Assembly (NCBI RefSeq): GCF_009914755.1
Contig: NC_060931.1
DNA from: the human T2T-CHM13v2.0 reference genome, Homo sapiens
Direction: 5' to 3' (one strand)
Length of the DNA: 64,000 nucleotides
A program made the position numbers and the translations under genes. How positions within the stretch are numbered: the first letter of the stretch is position 1; each line of letters opens with the position of its first letter. The notes under the pieces are model-generated. The model was not told the DNA's origin. It did no database searches and was given only the letters and a program-made list of their open reading frames with translations. Shown here in pieces: positions 25,632-39,990 of this stretch.

Positions 25632-27199
25632 CTGAACACAAGAAACAGAATCAGCACACTGAGATTAAATCTGAAGTTGGAGCTCTCTGTTCAAAGCAGC
25701 TGCTCCTCTCTGCCTCACTTGCATGTTAGGTGCAAAGAAACCAAATTAAATTGGCCCCAAAAAATACAGTGCCTTTTTGGTAAGGCTTATGTAAGCTCGC
25801 CATGTGTGTTTCGCGATGGTCTTGGCTTCCACTGATATTTCAGGATGGTTCTCTCTACCAGACTGGACAAAGGAACTGGTCCATTGTACCCAGAAGCACT
25901 CTGTGGCATTTGAGTGAAATTTAAACCTTCTATTTAAAAATGCCTTCACAGGGAGCCTTGTATTATTTCATAGATGGACCATGTGACGTTATTTTGTTTA
26001 AAAATATAAATGGATACTTAAGAGACTTTGCAAAGTATTTACCAAATCACAGCAACCCAGTCCTCTGAAGTAGTGATCCTAAGTGATGACAATTAAGATT
26101 CTTTCCAGGTTGCTACCAAAATTTAAATGTCTAAATTCAAGGAAAATTTTCAAAATAATGCAGTTCTTTATTTGCGCACAATGATTTAATCATCTAATAG
26201 CTGTGTTTTGCTGATTTTTCAAACTTGTTCATAGGTCAGACCACTAGAATCGAACACAAAGAGCAATGTTAAAATAAAACCTAAAATAGCATGTCATATT
26301 TACAGTAAACCCAACTAAAAATCATCAGTAAAAGTAGCTGCCAATGTAAAGGTGTTTGGATTTTTTTTTTCCTTTAGACTTACCAATTGGGGTGGAGGTA
26401 AGCGGAGGAAACATAACATTTGGAAAAAAGCTATGATATCGAATTTCCTTAAATTAGAAACCAAGTGTGTCAGCAAAATAATAATAATAGTAAACCATAC
26501 AAATCTTAGATTACTGTGAAATACTTTCAGATTGGAATTTGGCAAATAAAAGACATCACAAATACTGACAGAGAAGCCTGTCTAAATTAGGGGAAAAAAA
26601 AACCACACCTTTCGTATTCAACATTTCAACATTTTTCAAAAGAAATGCAATTTTATAACTTTCAAACGTATGTAGTAACTGAAACCGCTTTAATACGTTT
26701 AGATAATTCAAGTGGAATAAACCTGCTAAGTAAATCAGCGACACACGTAAGACTGAAGAGGGAATGCTGGGTGCTTAAGAGAACACATGCTTCTCGATCA
26801 CTTCAGGAGCCTCCATTTACTAATGGACATTATGAATTAAAACATAAACTCAATTTTTAGACTAACACTAACAACATACAATAATTACAATGGAGCTCTA
26901 TATCTGATTTTTAAAATCTTAGTGGATTTTTAAAAATTCGTTTTTCTCCTCTTTCATGATCTCACTTCCTTGTCATGGCGGCCATATGAGATTTGTTCTA
27001 TTAGCTCCTTTTATAGATGAGGCGGTACAGAGAGTAAGTGACTTGTCCAAATCTATCCTCTTTGTTTGTGGAAACTAAAACTCAAAGATGAGTAATTTGA
27101 ATGTCACCCCATTCCTGGCATGGGGGACAATTTCAGAAAAGCCATTTAAGAGAAAATTTACTATCACTATACTAATCTCTTTTGTTATTTTTAGCTTAC

Positions 27200-27313
27200 C
27201 TTGTTTCATCAATATACACAGATTCAAGCACTGTGGCTGCATATTCCAAATTCTTCTTAAGATCTACCACTGAAGCTTCCCCTCTCTCTAATTGTTTGAC
27301 CAAAGACCGTAAT
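27200..27313 (-). CDS. PDE1C: PDE1C coding exon, 114 bp, phase 2/2: (R)LRSLVKQLERGEASVVDLKKNLEYAATVLESVYIDET(R)
   Basis: Acceptor tttttatttttctag|ATTACGG and donor ACAAG|gtaagc. Matches the ORF-track peptide in 27196..27411. Confidence 0.96.
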
Positions 27314-28109
27314 CTAGAAAAATAAAAAGACATAATTTCATTAGAATAGAGGAAACAAAGAATAATCCTACAACTATGGTGATACATTTTACAGTCATCG
27401 AATATTCTCACTTATTCTGATACATCTGAAAGGAAAATAATTATGGGACCAAAGGAGCAGGTAATAAAATAAATGTATACATTTTTGCCATTGTGAAGTA
27501 AGAAGAAAAAATTTCTCTCCAACCAGGCACTGACCATACTTTCTAGCTAGCTTTTATCTTTATGAATCCTAAATTATCAATGATTTTGCTTTTTCTCAAA
27601 TTTTCATCTTTTTTGTTCTATGTGGATGTAGTAAAGCCTGACCAGCAGCAAAATCACCAAATACCTCTTGAGATTCTGCTCTGTTGAAGGCACTTGGTCC
27701 AGCAGTGGCCCCAGATAATGGCAGCCCCATGACCCAGGCATGTCCCAAGACAGATGAAAACATATAAACCACTGAGAACCACAAGAGGGCTACAGAAGGA
27801 ATAGATGAAAGTAAATTGTTTTACTGGACAGAAAAAATCACTCTGAGAGGAGATAAATACCCTAGTTAAAAAAGAAAAGAAAATATGAGGATTGATTTTA
27901 AACCGAGGAATTCCAGACTATACAAGAGAAGCAATAAAACATGTTTTTTCTGTTATTTATATGAACATTATCTGCACAGAGGACTTAGTATTCATGAGAA
28001 CAATAAAATGACTACAGATGATCAACATGCGGTAACTGAGAATACTGTAAATACCACAGAGATTTGGAGATTGGGCAACTCTTCAGGCTGTTTGATAACC
28101 AGCAATGAA

Positions 28110-28300
28110 AAGAGTAGAGACTTTGAAGACGAACTGGGGTTTGAAGCTCACTTCATAACTTATTAGCTGTGCAACCCTAGGTAAGTTATGTAACATCTTT
28201 GAGTGTTATCTTAATGAAGAGCAAAGTATGAAATTTCTAAAGTTGACCTAAAGATTAAATGAAATTGATATAGAGTATGTGACTCGGTTGTTCTTTGAAA
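28110..28300 (+). mobile_element. MIR SINE
   Basis: agactttgaag…ggggtttgaagctc…acttattagctgtgcaaccctaggtaagttatgtaac…aagattaaatgaa. Confidence 0.6.
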
Positions 28301-29010
28301 AGGCAATCGTTATAGCTATTGTCATTATTCAATGACTTTGATCACCACAGATAACCAAATGAGAAAAATTCTAGCAAGATATTTAAAATGATTGTCAAAT
28401 CTCCACTTCCCGTTGGTATACGCAATCTGTTCTCACCTTCCTGACATCAAAATATCCTCAAATAGGTTGCCTTCATGGCAAGGTATAGACTACTCCCTTC
28501 CTGATTTGCATGAAAATGACCCACAATAAAGAATGAGAAAAAATCTTGGATCAACCTTAAAAAGTAAGCAAGAGGGTCAACCATAAAAAAATTTCCAGGA
28601 GTTTCAATGATATAAAATACAAATAACATTAGATTCAGGTAGTATCTACCTGAATTACGAATCTGCAATATATCAAACGGAAATATGCAAAGGAAATCAG
28701 CAGAGGCCCCTGCAGGCTTGGAGGTGAAGGTCAGCCTTGGCAATGCCATTAGCAGCACTGGGAAGAGTTCTGAATTTCAGAGGCAGCACGAGACAGGGAG
28801 TTGGCAGGGAAGGGCATGCCAGTCACTCACACAGAAGGATAGCCAGCCTGCCAAAGAATGGGGAGACAGCAGCAGGGAGCTCTGACTGCTGCTCCAAATA
28901 AGGATTGGAAGCTCTTTAGCAAAACACATTCCTGGCTAAGTCTGCCTCCAGTTCTGATTCTCACCTCAAGGTGCCCAGCTACCCCCTAGGCTGTTTGGAC
29001 TCCCAAACGA

Positions 29011-29130
29011 AAAAATGAGAGTAAAATTAAACTTTTCAAAGTTTAGTCTCAAAAATGAAAGTAAAATTAGACTTTTTAAAGTTTACTCTCAAACATAAGA
29101 GTAAAATTAAACTTCTTAAAAATGCCTCTC
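29011..29130. repeat. 40-bp diverged tandem repeat, 3 copies, each with an internal hairpin
   Basis: aaaaatgagagtaaaattaaacttttcaaagtttagtctc-like unit starting at 29011, 29051 and 29091. Confidence 0.85.
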
Positions 29131-32100
29131 TCCATTTGGGGCTTACAGGTTCTATCAGGAACTGACATGTAACTCTAGTAGAATCCATCTCAATTCTAGA
29201 ACCTAAGAGGAAATGACAAAAACCAAGAAAATGATGAGAAAAATTATAAGAGTAATAGAAGTAAAAGCCAGAAGATCCTATCTACCTATAATAGAACTTC
29301 CCTAGGAAATAAACAACAGAAGCAGCTTTAATTGAATAAGTTTTCCTAGGCTAAAGTAAAACCTGTATAAGCAGATGAAAAGGGATCAAATACAATTTTT
29401 TAAAAGTAAATGAAAACATCAAATGTATGCTACTGTAATTTTTGATTTCAAAGAATAAAGAAACAAACTTGAAAATCTTTGAGAAAATGAAATATAATAC
29501 TTACAAAGTAACAAAAAATTGTCCTGGCCATCTACTTCTATCATGTCAAACATCAAAAAGCAATTTAATAACAGTACCAATTTTTGAGAATAATATGGGA
29601 AACTTCAAGACATTTATATCTACATCTACAGAGTTACCAAGTACATAAGAAGCCAATAAATACATTCTCAGGTGTCAACAACTTCAAAATTTATCATTCA
29701 TATCCTTTCCAGAAAACAAAACAAAAACAAAAACTTTAAGCACAGTGGTCTTCCAAGGGAGTGAATTCGTGAGTCTCCAGTTAAATGGATTGTTGATTCA
29801 TGACCTAGATTTAACTAACTCAAACTGTACCAAATGGACAAGTAATTTAAAAAGATTCTGGAAAGAAGAGACAGATAAAATAAAATGCTGATAATACAAG
29901 GACAACTAAACATGAAAATGAGCTGACACGTCTCCTTTTACTAGGACAATCTCCTATTTCTCATACAAACACTTCCTCTCCCACTTTTACAAACTAAAAG
30001 CTAATTCTCATCAGTTGAAAAATAATTGGAATTATTAAGGACATTATATGGACTATGGATGTATAGCCACTAATTTTTAACAATTCCCACTCCTGGGAAA
30101 GCACAGTATTGAGAGAATCAAGTCATGAAGGGGCCTCATATCACCTTGTGATCAGGGGGCTGGGACCCCAGGGCCAGAAGAGGAGTGGGGCCTTCAGGGA
30201 AAGCTTCACTTAGAATCTCACTCAGCTGTTCCAATGAGTAGCACTGAAATCGGCTCCATCAGGGAGACCCAGGCTTTGTGCCACAATTAGCAGAAAATCA
30301 GCCATTCAGAGGCTTCTCCCTGATGTAGTCACCAGTGGTGCCAGGCAGACATTAGGCAGTCACATTTATGCATTCAGTGTGAAGTTCTGACCCAACAGGA
30401 AGCTGTAAATAGAAAGCAAAACCCTAGCCAAGTGGTTTCAACAGATCCAGAGAGGAAATGACACAGAAATAATGCACCTTTTGGATGCGTGGGAGGCACT
30501 AGAAATTTATATGTAACCCTGTCTTTCCAGCTTATGAGATGAGCAGAAGATTCAATCAACTTCCTGGCAGACAGTGAGGGAACCTAGAACAACCCGTCAC
30601 TCTGTTTATGGAAGAACACCCAGCTGACATTCACCTTTCTTTACTCAAGGATGATGAAACAGAAAAAAAATTCATGAAGAGATGCAGCAATAAAGACAGA
30701 AGAAAATACAGCATTCAAAATGTGAAAGGATTCACTTTTGAAAAAAAAAATCACTAATGGAAACAGAAGTGAATTTTAGGGAGCATCTGCTGTGTGTTCA
30801 ATACAATTCAAAAAAAACCCATAGATCTCTGAAACAAAGGTAAAAGCCCAAATCAACACAATAAGAAGTTTCTTTAAAAAGAAAAAAACATGACAATAGA
30901 AAGACTACAAGAACTTATTGTTAAAAAGAGTTAAGTGGTGACCAGCTTTGTATATACCCATCTCCTGTTTGGGTGTCACCCATGTCAGATACAAGCTGCA
31001 GCTGCCAACTTTCTGCTTTATGTAGCTGCCACACAAAGCCTAGTGATTCCAGATGCCCCTTTCAAATTCTGTTGAGCTTTAGCATAGTGTTCAGGTGCTT
31101 ATGCTCCATAGGCCCCTCAGCCCACCTTTCTCTAGCTCTTTATCCATTCCATTTGGAATATCCAGCCCTGCCCTGCCATATCCTACCTACCTCTTGGTGA
31201 AATGGCTATTCTTTGGGCAAAAGAGTTTCAAATTAGCTCTTTTATCATTGGCCAATTTAAGTTCATGAGAATAAGGACCCCTCTCTATTTGTCATTATAG
31301 TGAAGGTATTCCTTAGATCTTAATCTATCTTAAGAAGGGTTGTCTGAAAATTAGCCAGGATCTTTCATACCCATGTCATAAAGTATTTTTGTTCAACTGG
31401 AAAAGACTAGCTGAGGCCAGAGGGCTCAACTGCTCTTCTTTGTTTTCCTAGTAAAGTTGTCTAGATGCTTTTCATGTGAATCCATTCCATCTAAAAGGCA
31501 AATGTCCTCAGAGGCCAGGTCCCATGGTATGCTGCAGCCTATATTTTGGGAAAGATGGAGATCTGGTGTTTTAATACTACCCAGGGGAATTTTTGGTCTG
31601 GACACCTAAGGGGAATTTATTTCATGAGCATTTGAAATAAATTTACAAGGAAGGAAGATAAAGAAGTAGGAAAATATACAAATAATAATAATATTAATAA
31701 GATTTCTCTTCTGAGAGAATGAATGTTCATAGTTTCCAGCACTCCATCCATTTCTGTCACTGCAGCTGCCAGATAATAGTTCCAGTATAGAAGTGCAACA
31801 CCATTTTAGGAAGTGCTTATGCCTTCCAACTTTGGCAAGATGCCTTTCAGTTAAGACAGTGTGCAATTTCATTGTGGATGAGCCATTGCATCTTTTCATG
31901 ACTCTTGCATTTCTTGGCGTAAACTGTTTGCTTTCTGTATGCTTCTTACCTGCAAGGCATATGATGAGATACTGAATCTCTTCAGTTCCCTGTGCCCTCA
32001 GATCCAGAGCGAGCCCTGGATGCTGACTTCCCCTGACCCCACACCAATCAACATGTGGGATGCACAAAGGTGTTGGAAGAGGGGAACTATGTGAGGAAAG

Positions 32101-32889
32101 GCCAGAGCACTGTATTTTGTAATTTAAAAGGATGTTAGGGAGGAGAGATATTTCTTTTTTTTCCACAAAGATAATTCCTAGGACCAATGGAGTGAGCTTC
32201 ATTAAAAAGCAACTTATTGGTTCAACTTTATAATTTAGAAAACTGCCTTATACTGGACTAGGCATTATTCCCCACCCCAGTGAGGTCGCAGAAAGCCCTA
32301 TAACCCTATGCCTTGAAAACATATACATTTGTTGAGCGTTAGACCCTACTAGAATTTCATTCTTTTGCACAAATAAAAATGAACTATAAAAAGAAGCTAT
32401 GGAAACATACTTTCTCATGTTTGTCTATTCTGCCCAAGGTTATTCCCTCTGAGGATGGGGGGGCAGCTCCTAAAATGCCAGTGTAACCAACAAGTACTGC
32501 TGTCTCAGAAAGGCTTTGTTTTGTTTGAAAGGATATGAGAGAGAACTGGATCTTTTACAGTACTTTCTCTACATGTCCCAATGGATCATGAGCCCTAAAA
32601 ACTCATTTGAATTAAAAAAACTTCATTTCAGTTCATCACACCCATGTATTCGAACAGCATACTCATCTCTGTGTCCTTTTCATACACCTGCCTCCTCCAT
32701 GTCACTCCTGTCCTCTGCCACTTACCTAAATGCCATAGGAAATAACTTAAAACAACTCTTCCAAATGGGATGCCCCAACATGACTTTTAGTCTTATGCTT
32801 TAATGCCATCCAATGATGTCACCCAAGCATTTTTCTGGCCATTGTTTGTTTCTATAATTAATGACAGCTGATTAAGATGGCCACACTTG

Positions 32890-33990
32890 AAAAACATTCA
32901 ACATTGGGTGTCTTTTGTGTGCAGGCACTGGGAGAGATAGGCTCTAGGAATACAAAGTGGGGAAATGCAGTGCCTTCTCTCAGGTAGGGAAGACAGAAAG
33001 CTAACCAGCACCCACAATGCAGTACTGTAAGCGAAATGGCAGAGGTGTGATGGGGGCTAAGAAAGCACAGAGGAGAGGAATCTTCTAATAACAAAGCCCT
33101 CCCCAGTGGAGTTGACCAGAGCCATTTTGAAGGCCACGTAGGGGTCAGCCAGGCACAGAGGATGGGATAGGGAAACGGCAGACTCTGCATGGAGAGAGCA
33201 GACTGAAGGCAGTGATCTATTCAGATCTATTCAGAATAGATCTTTTCGGATCTTTTCAGAATAGATCTTTTCGGATCTTTTCAGAATAGATCTTTTCGGA
33301 TCTTTTCAGAATAGATCTTTTCGGATCTTTTCAGAATAGATCTTTTCGGATCTTTTCAGAATAGATCTATTCGGAATAGATCTTTTCAGAATAGATCTAT
33401 TCGGAATAGATCTTTTCAGAATAGATCTATTCGGAATAGATCTTTTCAGAATAGATCTTTTCGGATCTTTTCAGAATAGATCTTTTCGGATCTTTTCAGA
33501 ATAGATCTATTCGGATCTATTCAGAATAGATCTATTCGGATCTATTCAGAATAGATCTATTCGGATCTATTCAGAATAGATCTATTCAGAATAGATCTAT
33601 TCGGATCTATTCAGAATAGATCTATTCGGATCTATTCAGAATAGATCTATTCGGATCTATTCAGAATAGATCTATTCGGATCTATTCAGAATAGATCTAT
33701 TCGGATCTATTCAGAATAGATCTATTCGGATCTATTCAGAATAGATCTATTCGGATCTATTCAGAATAGATCTATTCGGATCTATTCAGGGGCGTGTCAA
33801 AAGATAAAACAGAAGAAGGTAGGAACTACACCACAGTAGACTTAGAATCTCAAGCTAAAGAAATGTAATTTTCTCCTGGAGATAATGGGGAACCCCTGGA
33901 GAATGTTAAAATGGAGGAACAGAATGATGAGATTGGCATTTTAGAAAGATCAATCTAGCAGCTGAGTAGAGGAGCACACATAGTGAGTGA
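32890..33990 (-). mobile_element. L2 LINE fragment hosting the palindromic VNTR
   Basis: aacattcaacattgggtg…gcaggcactg…tgccttctctcagg…ttttgaaggcc…ggggtcagccaggca; resumes with ggagataatggggaacccctggagaatgtt…gcattttagaaagatca. Confidence 0.6.
33214..33788. repeat. 575-bp minisatellite/VNTR built from GATCT(A/T)TTC(A/G) 10-mers and GAATA 5-mers (25-, 30- and 15-bp higher-order units)
   Basis: Parsed unit by unit: 18 x 25-mer, 3 x 30-mer, 1 x 15-mer and a terminal 20-mer. Confidence 0.97.
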
Positions 33991-34389
33991 GATGGAAAAT
34001 TCTATGTTTCCATTGTAATCAGGCTGGTCTGATACTCTGAACAGCACAGTGTGAATACTCTCTCTCACATGATGGAAATTTGATAGAGTGATGCGTGAGT
34101 TTAGTGGTAGTATGGATGGTTGCTTTTAAGAATTTCTGGGAAAGACATTGTTTTGGGGCATGCGGTTTCCTCATTGAGTGAACATCAAACCAAAAACAAG
34201 AACAGTGCCAACAAAAATTATGACTGGCAAGAATAGCCTACTTATGTAGCTTTTACCTTTTGTTAATGCTATAAATAAAAGAGAATTTTACTTCTACAGT
34301 TTCTAATTACATCTGCTTAAAGCAGATGCACACATGGATTGAAATAAATTACTGGACTCCAGTTACTTTTTCACTTAAGAAAAATAATT

Positions 34390-36150
<1,761 letters not shown>

Positions 36151-37944
36151 AGCATTTAATTCTGGTCCCATGTCCCTCTACCACTTCACTATTCCAACTC
36201 TCTTCCTTTCAACATCCAGCTGGTATGTGTGAGGATGTGCATATGTATTTTTATATTCATATAAGCACAACATAAGTGGACAAGAAAACATGCTACAAGA
36301 AAAAAGAAAACAGGCAATGTAAGTTGTTTTTGAACTATCCTATTCTACATGTGATTGTTCCATTCCACATGCAGGGACCCACTCTTTGGATACCCAGTCA
36401 AGGGCATCACTGCATACTCTGTCTTGGTTGCCATGGATTTTCTGATGAATATTTCCATTCCTTTGGTTTTCGTGAAGCTATGCCACAGAGGAGCCCTGCA
36501 TGCTCAGTCTCCTCCTTGTTCTGCTCTACAGAGTGAATCTCCTTTGGGGATATATGTTTGTGGGTGTGAGAGTATGTGGGCAACTGTGTGTCCAAAGTGA
36601 GTGTGTCAGCTCACTGCATGGGAACACCAGCCAAAATGCACTGTCAAGTCCAAAAGAAGCCTTCTATTCTTATGGTACTCTAGAAGGTGTTACGACTCAG
36701 GGTTAAAGTTTTAATCCATTTTGAGCAATAATATTGACTTTGTTCCTTTGCACTTCTTATCAAATGCAGTACTTTAGAAAGGAGCTCCCTAACAGTCATT
36801 CTTGGCCTTATAAATAAGTGTTTCTTAAAAACCAGTTTATCCCCTGTTTTTATTGCCAATCAACTCACACATTTTGTTAAAAGGACATAGCGGATTTTTT
36901 TTTAGAGTAAGATTCCAAATTATGCTAAGAAAATCTTTCGTGAAGGTAAACATTCTCTCTCCAAAGTTTGTAGGCGAGCAGACCTTATTGGGAAAGGATG
37001 TTATTATGAAAACCCACTTGTTCTTCTGGGTGAAGAAATAAAAAAGAATGAAAAATACAACCCAGAGCATCATTCAGAATCCACCCCAGGCCATGCTGGG
37101 GACTGGGGAGAGGGAAGCAGTTAAGATCCTGACAGACTACCAAGAGGTAAGTTCCAGAAGCCAGTGTTCATTTGCAGCTATTCATGTGGAAAGAATCACT
37201 GTCACTTCTGCCTGCTGATAAACATGCCACTTCAACATCTGTCTTAATAGACCAAAGAAATGAGAAGAACTAAAAACATCTTTGAATGGCACTAATGAGA
37301 ACAGGAAGCTGAGCAGAAATGAGAAGCAAGTTTGCAGGAAGATTTAGGAAGGTTGCAACCCATGCCTAGACACGTCAAGACACATCTTTCCATGTCTTCA
37401 TAGTCAACCCGGTCCCGTGACTCCTTTGCTTTCCTTTTCTGAATTTAGTTCCTCATTCAACCTCAATTGCATCATGTTGGTATGATTATCCAGAGGAGCT
37501 AAAGCTCCCTCAGCCAGCAAAATCACAGGAATTCTACCATACTACAAATATAAGTTTTGGTAAGATAAACCTAAGGTTACATTTTTCTCATTTCTACTTC
37601 TTTTTTCTTTTATAATAACAGAAATAAATAAATTAATTCATAGATTAAAAACCTTCAAATAATGGCTAACAAGATGCTGAATTGGCACAGTTCCCTTTCT
37701 TAAGATTAACTCAAGAAAAATTATAGGAAAAAAACCTCAAAGAAAACCGTGAGAAACCTCTAAGGTGACCTGAGGCTGCCGCTTTGAATGTGTGTGTGAA
37801 GACAGTGCATCTTCTTGGTCTGGGACAGGAGGCAGCCCCACCACACTGGGGAGGAAATGATGGGAAAGGAACTGTTGGAGTCTGCTATTGTTTCCCTCCA
37901 CTCCACTTCCTCCAGGCGCACAGTAGCTGCTCCCACACCTCCTG

Positions 37945-38265
37945 TGACTCAGAACTCTAAATGTCAAGAAATCCTGGAGAGCTAAATAGGGGTTGTCTGT
38001 CCCACCTTGTGGCTCCTCTAAGTTCACCATGGGTTTCCAAGATTGTCACAGAAGGAAAAGGGATGCAAAAGGACATGTGCGAGAGGTTTTTATGAACCAG
38101 ACTGGAACTGGAACTGATTGCTCCTGGTCACTTCCAATTGTCCAGAAGCCATAGTCACCTAACTACGTCTTTCCAAGAGAGAAGCTGGAAAACACAGTCC
38201 TGTGGTAGGCTCAAGAGGAAGAGGTGGTGGTTTTAGTGGAGATCCAGCCAATCTCTGCCCCACCT
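37945..38265 (-). mobile_element. Old MaLR LTR fragment (MLT1J/K-like)
   Basis: gactggaactgg…cacttccaattgtccagaa…tagtcac…gagaagctggaaaacacagtc…aagaggaagagg…ccaatctctgcc. Confidence 0.5.
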
Positions 38266-38449
38266 AGAAAATGCAATCCTATCACCAATACTTGTTTTTT
38301 CCTTTAAACCTTTACTTTCTGCTCCTTTGAAAGAGTCAAATGGAATGTTGTATATTAAAGATACTTTCTAACTTTAAAATCCTTTAAAACTAAGAAACGT
38401 AATCATCCTAATTATCAGATAATCTCCCAAGCATTTTGACAAAAATGAG

Positions 38450-38710
38450 ACAGTTCTCATGGGAATTATGTTGAGTGAAGAAAGCCAATCCCAAAAGGTT
38501 ATATACTATATGATTCCATTTATGTAATATTCTTAAAATGGAGGACAAGATTAGGGGTTTACAGGGATTGGAGAGAAGGGAGAGGAAGAGGGAGACACGT
38601 GTAAGAAGGGCAACAAAGGGAACCTACTGGTGAACTATTCTATACCTTGACTGTGGTGGTGGTTGTACAAACCTACACTTGCAATTATGTTGCACAGAAC
38701 CAAATGCATT

Positions 38711-38752
<42 letters not shown>

Positions 38753-38955
38753 AGTACAATAAAACTGGAGGGCTCTGAATAAGATTGGTAGATTATGCTA
38801 ATATCAGTATCTTGGGTTGTGAAATTGTCCTGTAGTTTTTCAAAATGTTTCCATTGGAAGAAAATGGGTAAAGGGTACATGGGAATTCCTCTGTATTATT
38901 TCTTACAATAATGTGACTCTACAATTATCTCAAAATTAAACATTTAGTTTTAAAA
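38450..38955 (+). mobile_element. L1MC/L1MD-type 3'UTR fragment containing (AC)18 at 38714-38749
   Basis: ttatgttgagtgaagaaagccaatcccaaaaggttatatactatatgattccattt…ctctgtattatttcttaca…tctacaattatctcaaaattaaa. Confidence 0.75.
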
Positions 38956-39529
38956 AGTGGGACACAGTTATCCAGCTCAATGGAATATTGATGACAAAAG
39001 GCTGGACATAGTTGTCCTTTCCCCAGCTGGTTTTATAAGTGTCTCTCTGTTCTTAAATAGTGGTCTACTTAGTGTCCTCCAGATCCTTCGGCTTGGCCTC
39101 AGCAGCAGTAAGAGAGTTAGGGGTAAATGTTCACCAGTGAGCTACTAACTGTGTCTGATGACTTTGGAGAGCATCCAGTGAGGGCTATAATCAGTGATGC
39201 TTGGAGCTTGGTGAGAACCAGACTCATGCCTTGAGGAAACCCTGGGAAAGACAAATGGAGGTTCTCAGGATCAACTGAAGAAACTCAGATGCTAGCAAAT
39301 GGTCACCACACTAAAACGGTGAGAGAAAAAGAATCCCAGTGACTTTACTAAAGGCTCACTAATTACACCTCTACTGGCAGTGATCCCCTGGGACTCTAAG
39401 ATATGAAGCACGATTTGCATCTTCCCTCTCCTTTTTCAGTTCATTCTCAGAAGTTTGTTTCAATTTGAGGGTGGCTTCACTATGGCAGGCTGGCCATGAA
39501 GGGGTTGTAAAGAATGAAATTAATATACA

Positions 39530-39990
39530 CACCCACACCCAACCTCTAGTAACCACCATTCTATGTTCTGCTTCTAAAAGTTTGATTTTTTTTTAGATCC
39601 TGAATATGAGAACATGTGGTATTTGTCTTTCTGTGTCTGGCTTATTTCACTTAGCATAATGTCCTCTAGGGAGTGAACAGGGAAAGGAGAGATGTTAATC
39701 AAAGGGTACAAAGTTCCAGTTACACAGAAGGAATAAGTTCTGGTAATCTGTTGCACAGCATGGTGACTATAGTGAAGAATAATATATTATGTATTTCAAA
39801 ATTGCTAAAAGGGTAGATTTTAAATGTTCTCACCATAAAAAATGAGAAGTATGTGAGGTAATTGTTATGTTAATTAGATTGATTTAATCACTCCACAATC
39901 TATATAGGTATTGAAACATCACATTGTACCCCATAAATATATACAATTATTGTCAGCTTATAATAAAAGTAAATTTTAAAAATAAATAAG
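39530..39990 (+). mobile_element. 5'-truncated, 5'-inverted L1MA 3' end (minus segment ~39530-39670, plus segment 39671-39990)
   Basis: Antisense aaccaccattcta…ggcttatttcacttagcataatgtcctctagg abuts sense aaagggtacaaagttccagtt…cacattgtaccccataaatatatacaat and an A-rich tail. Confidence 0.85.

Noticed and set aside
31606-32202. Longest ORF in the track (198 aa, minus strand)
   Set aside because: No recognisable domain or coding-like composition, a non-ATG start, and no match to the PDE1C protein. Probably a chance ORF.
33214-33788. Palindromic repeat array as a CRISPR-like locus
   Set aside because: There are no unique spacers, units abut directly, there are no cas-like ORFs, and the context is a primate intron. 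It is a minisatellite.
33214-33788. TTC-N-GAA arrays as heat-shock or STAT elements
   Set aside because: The spacing is 1 nt. HSE needs TTCnnGAA and STAT needs TTCnnn(n)GAA.
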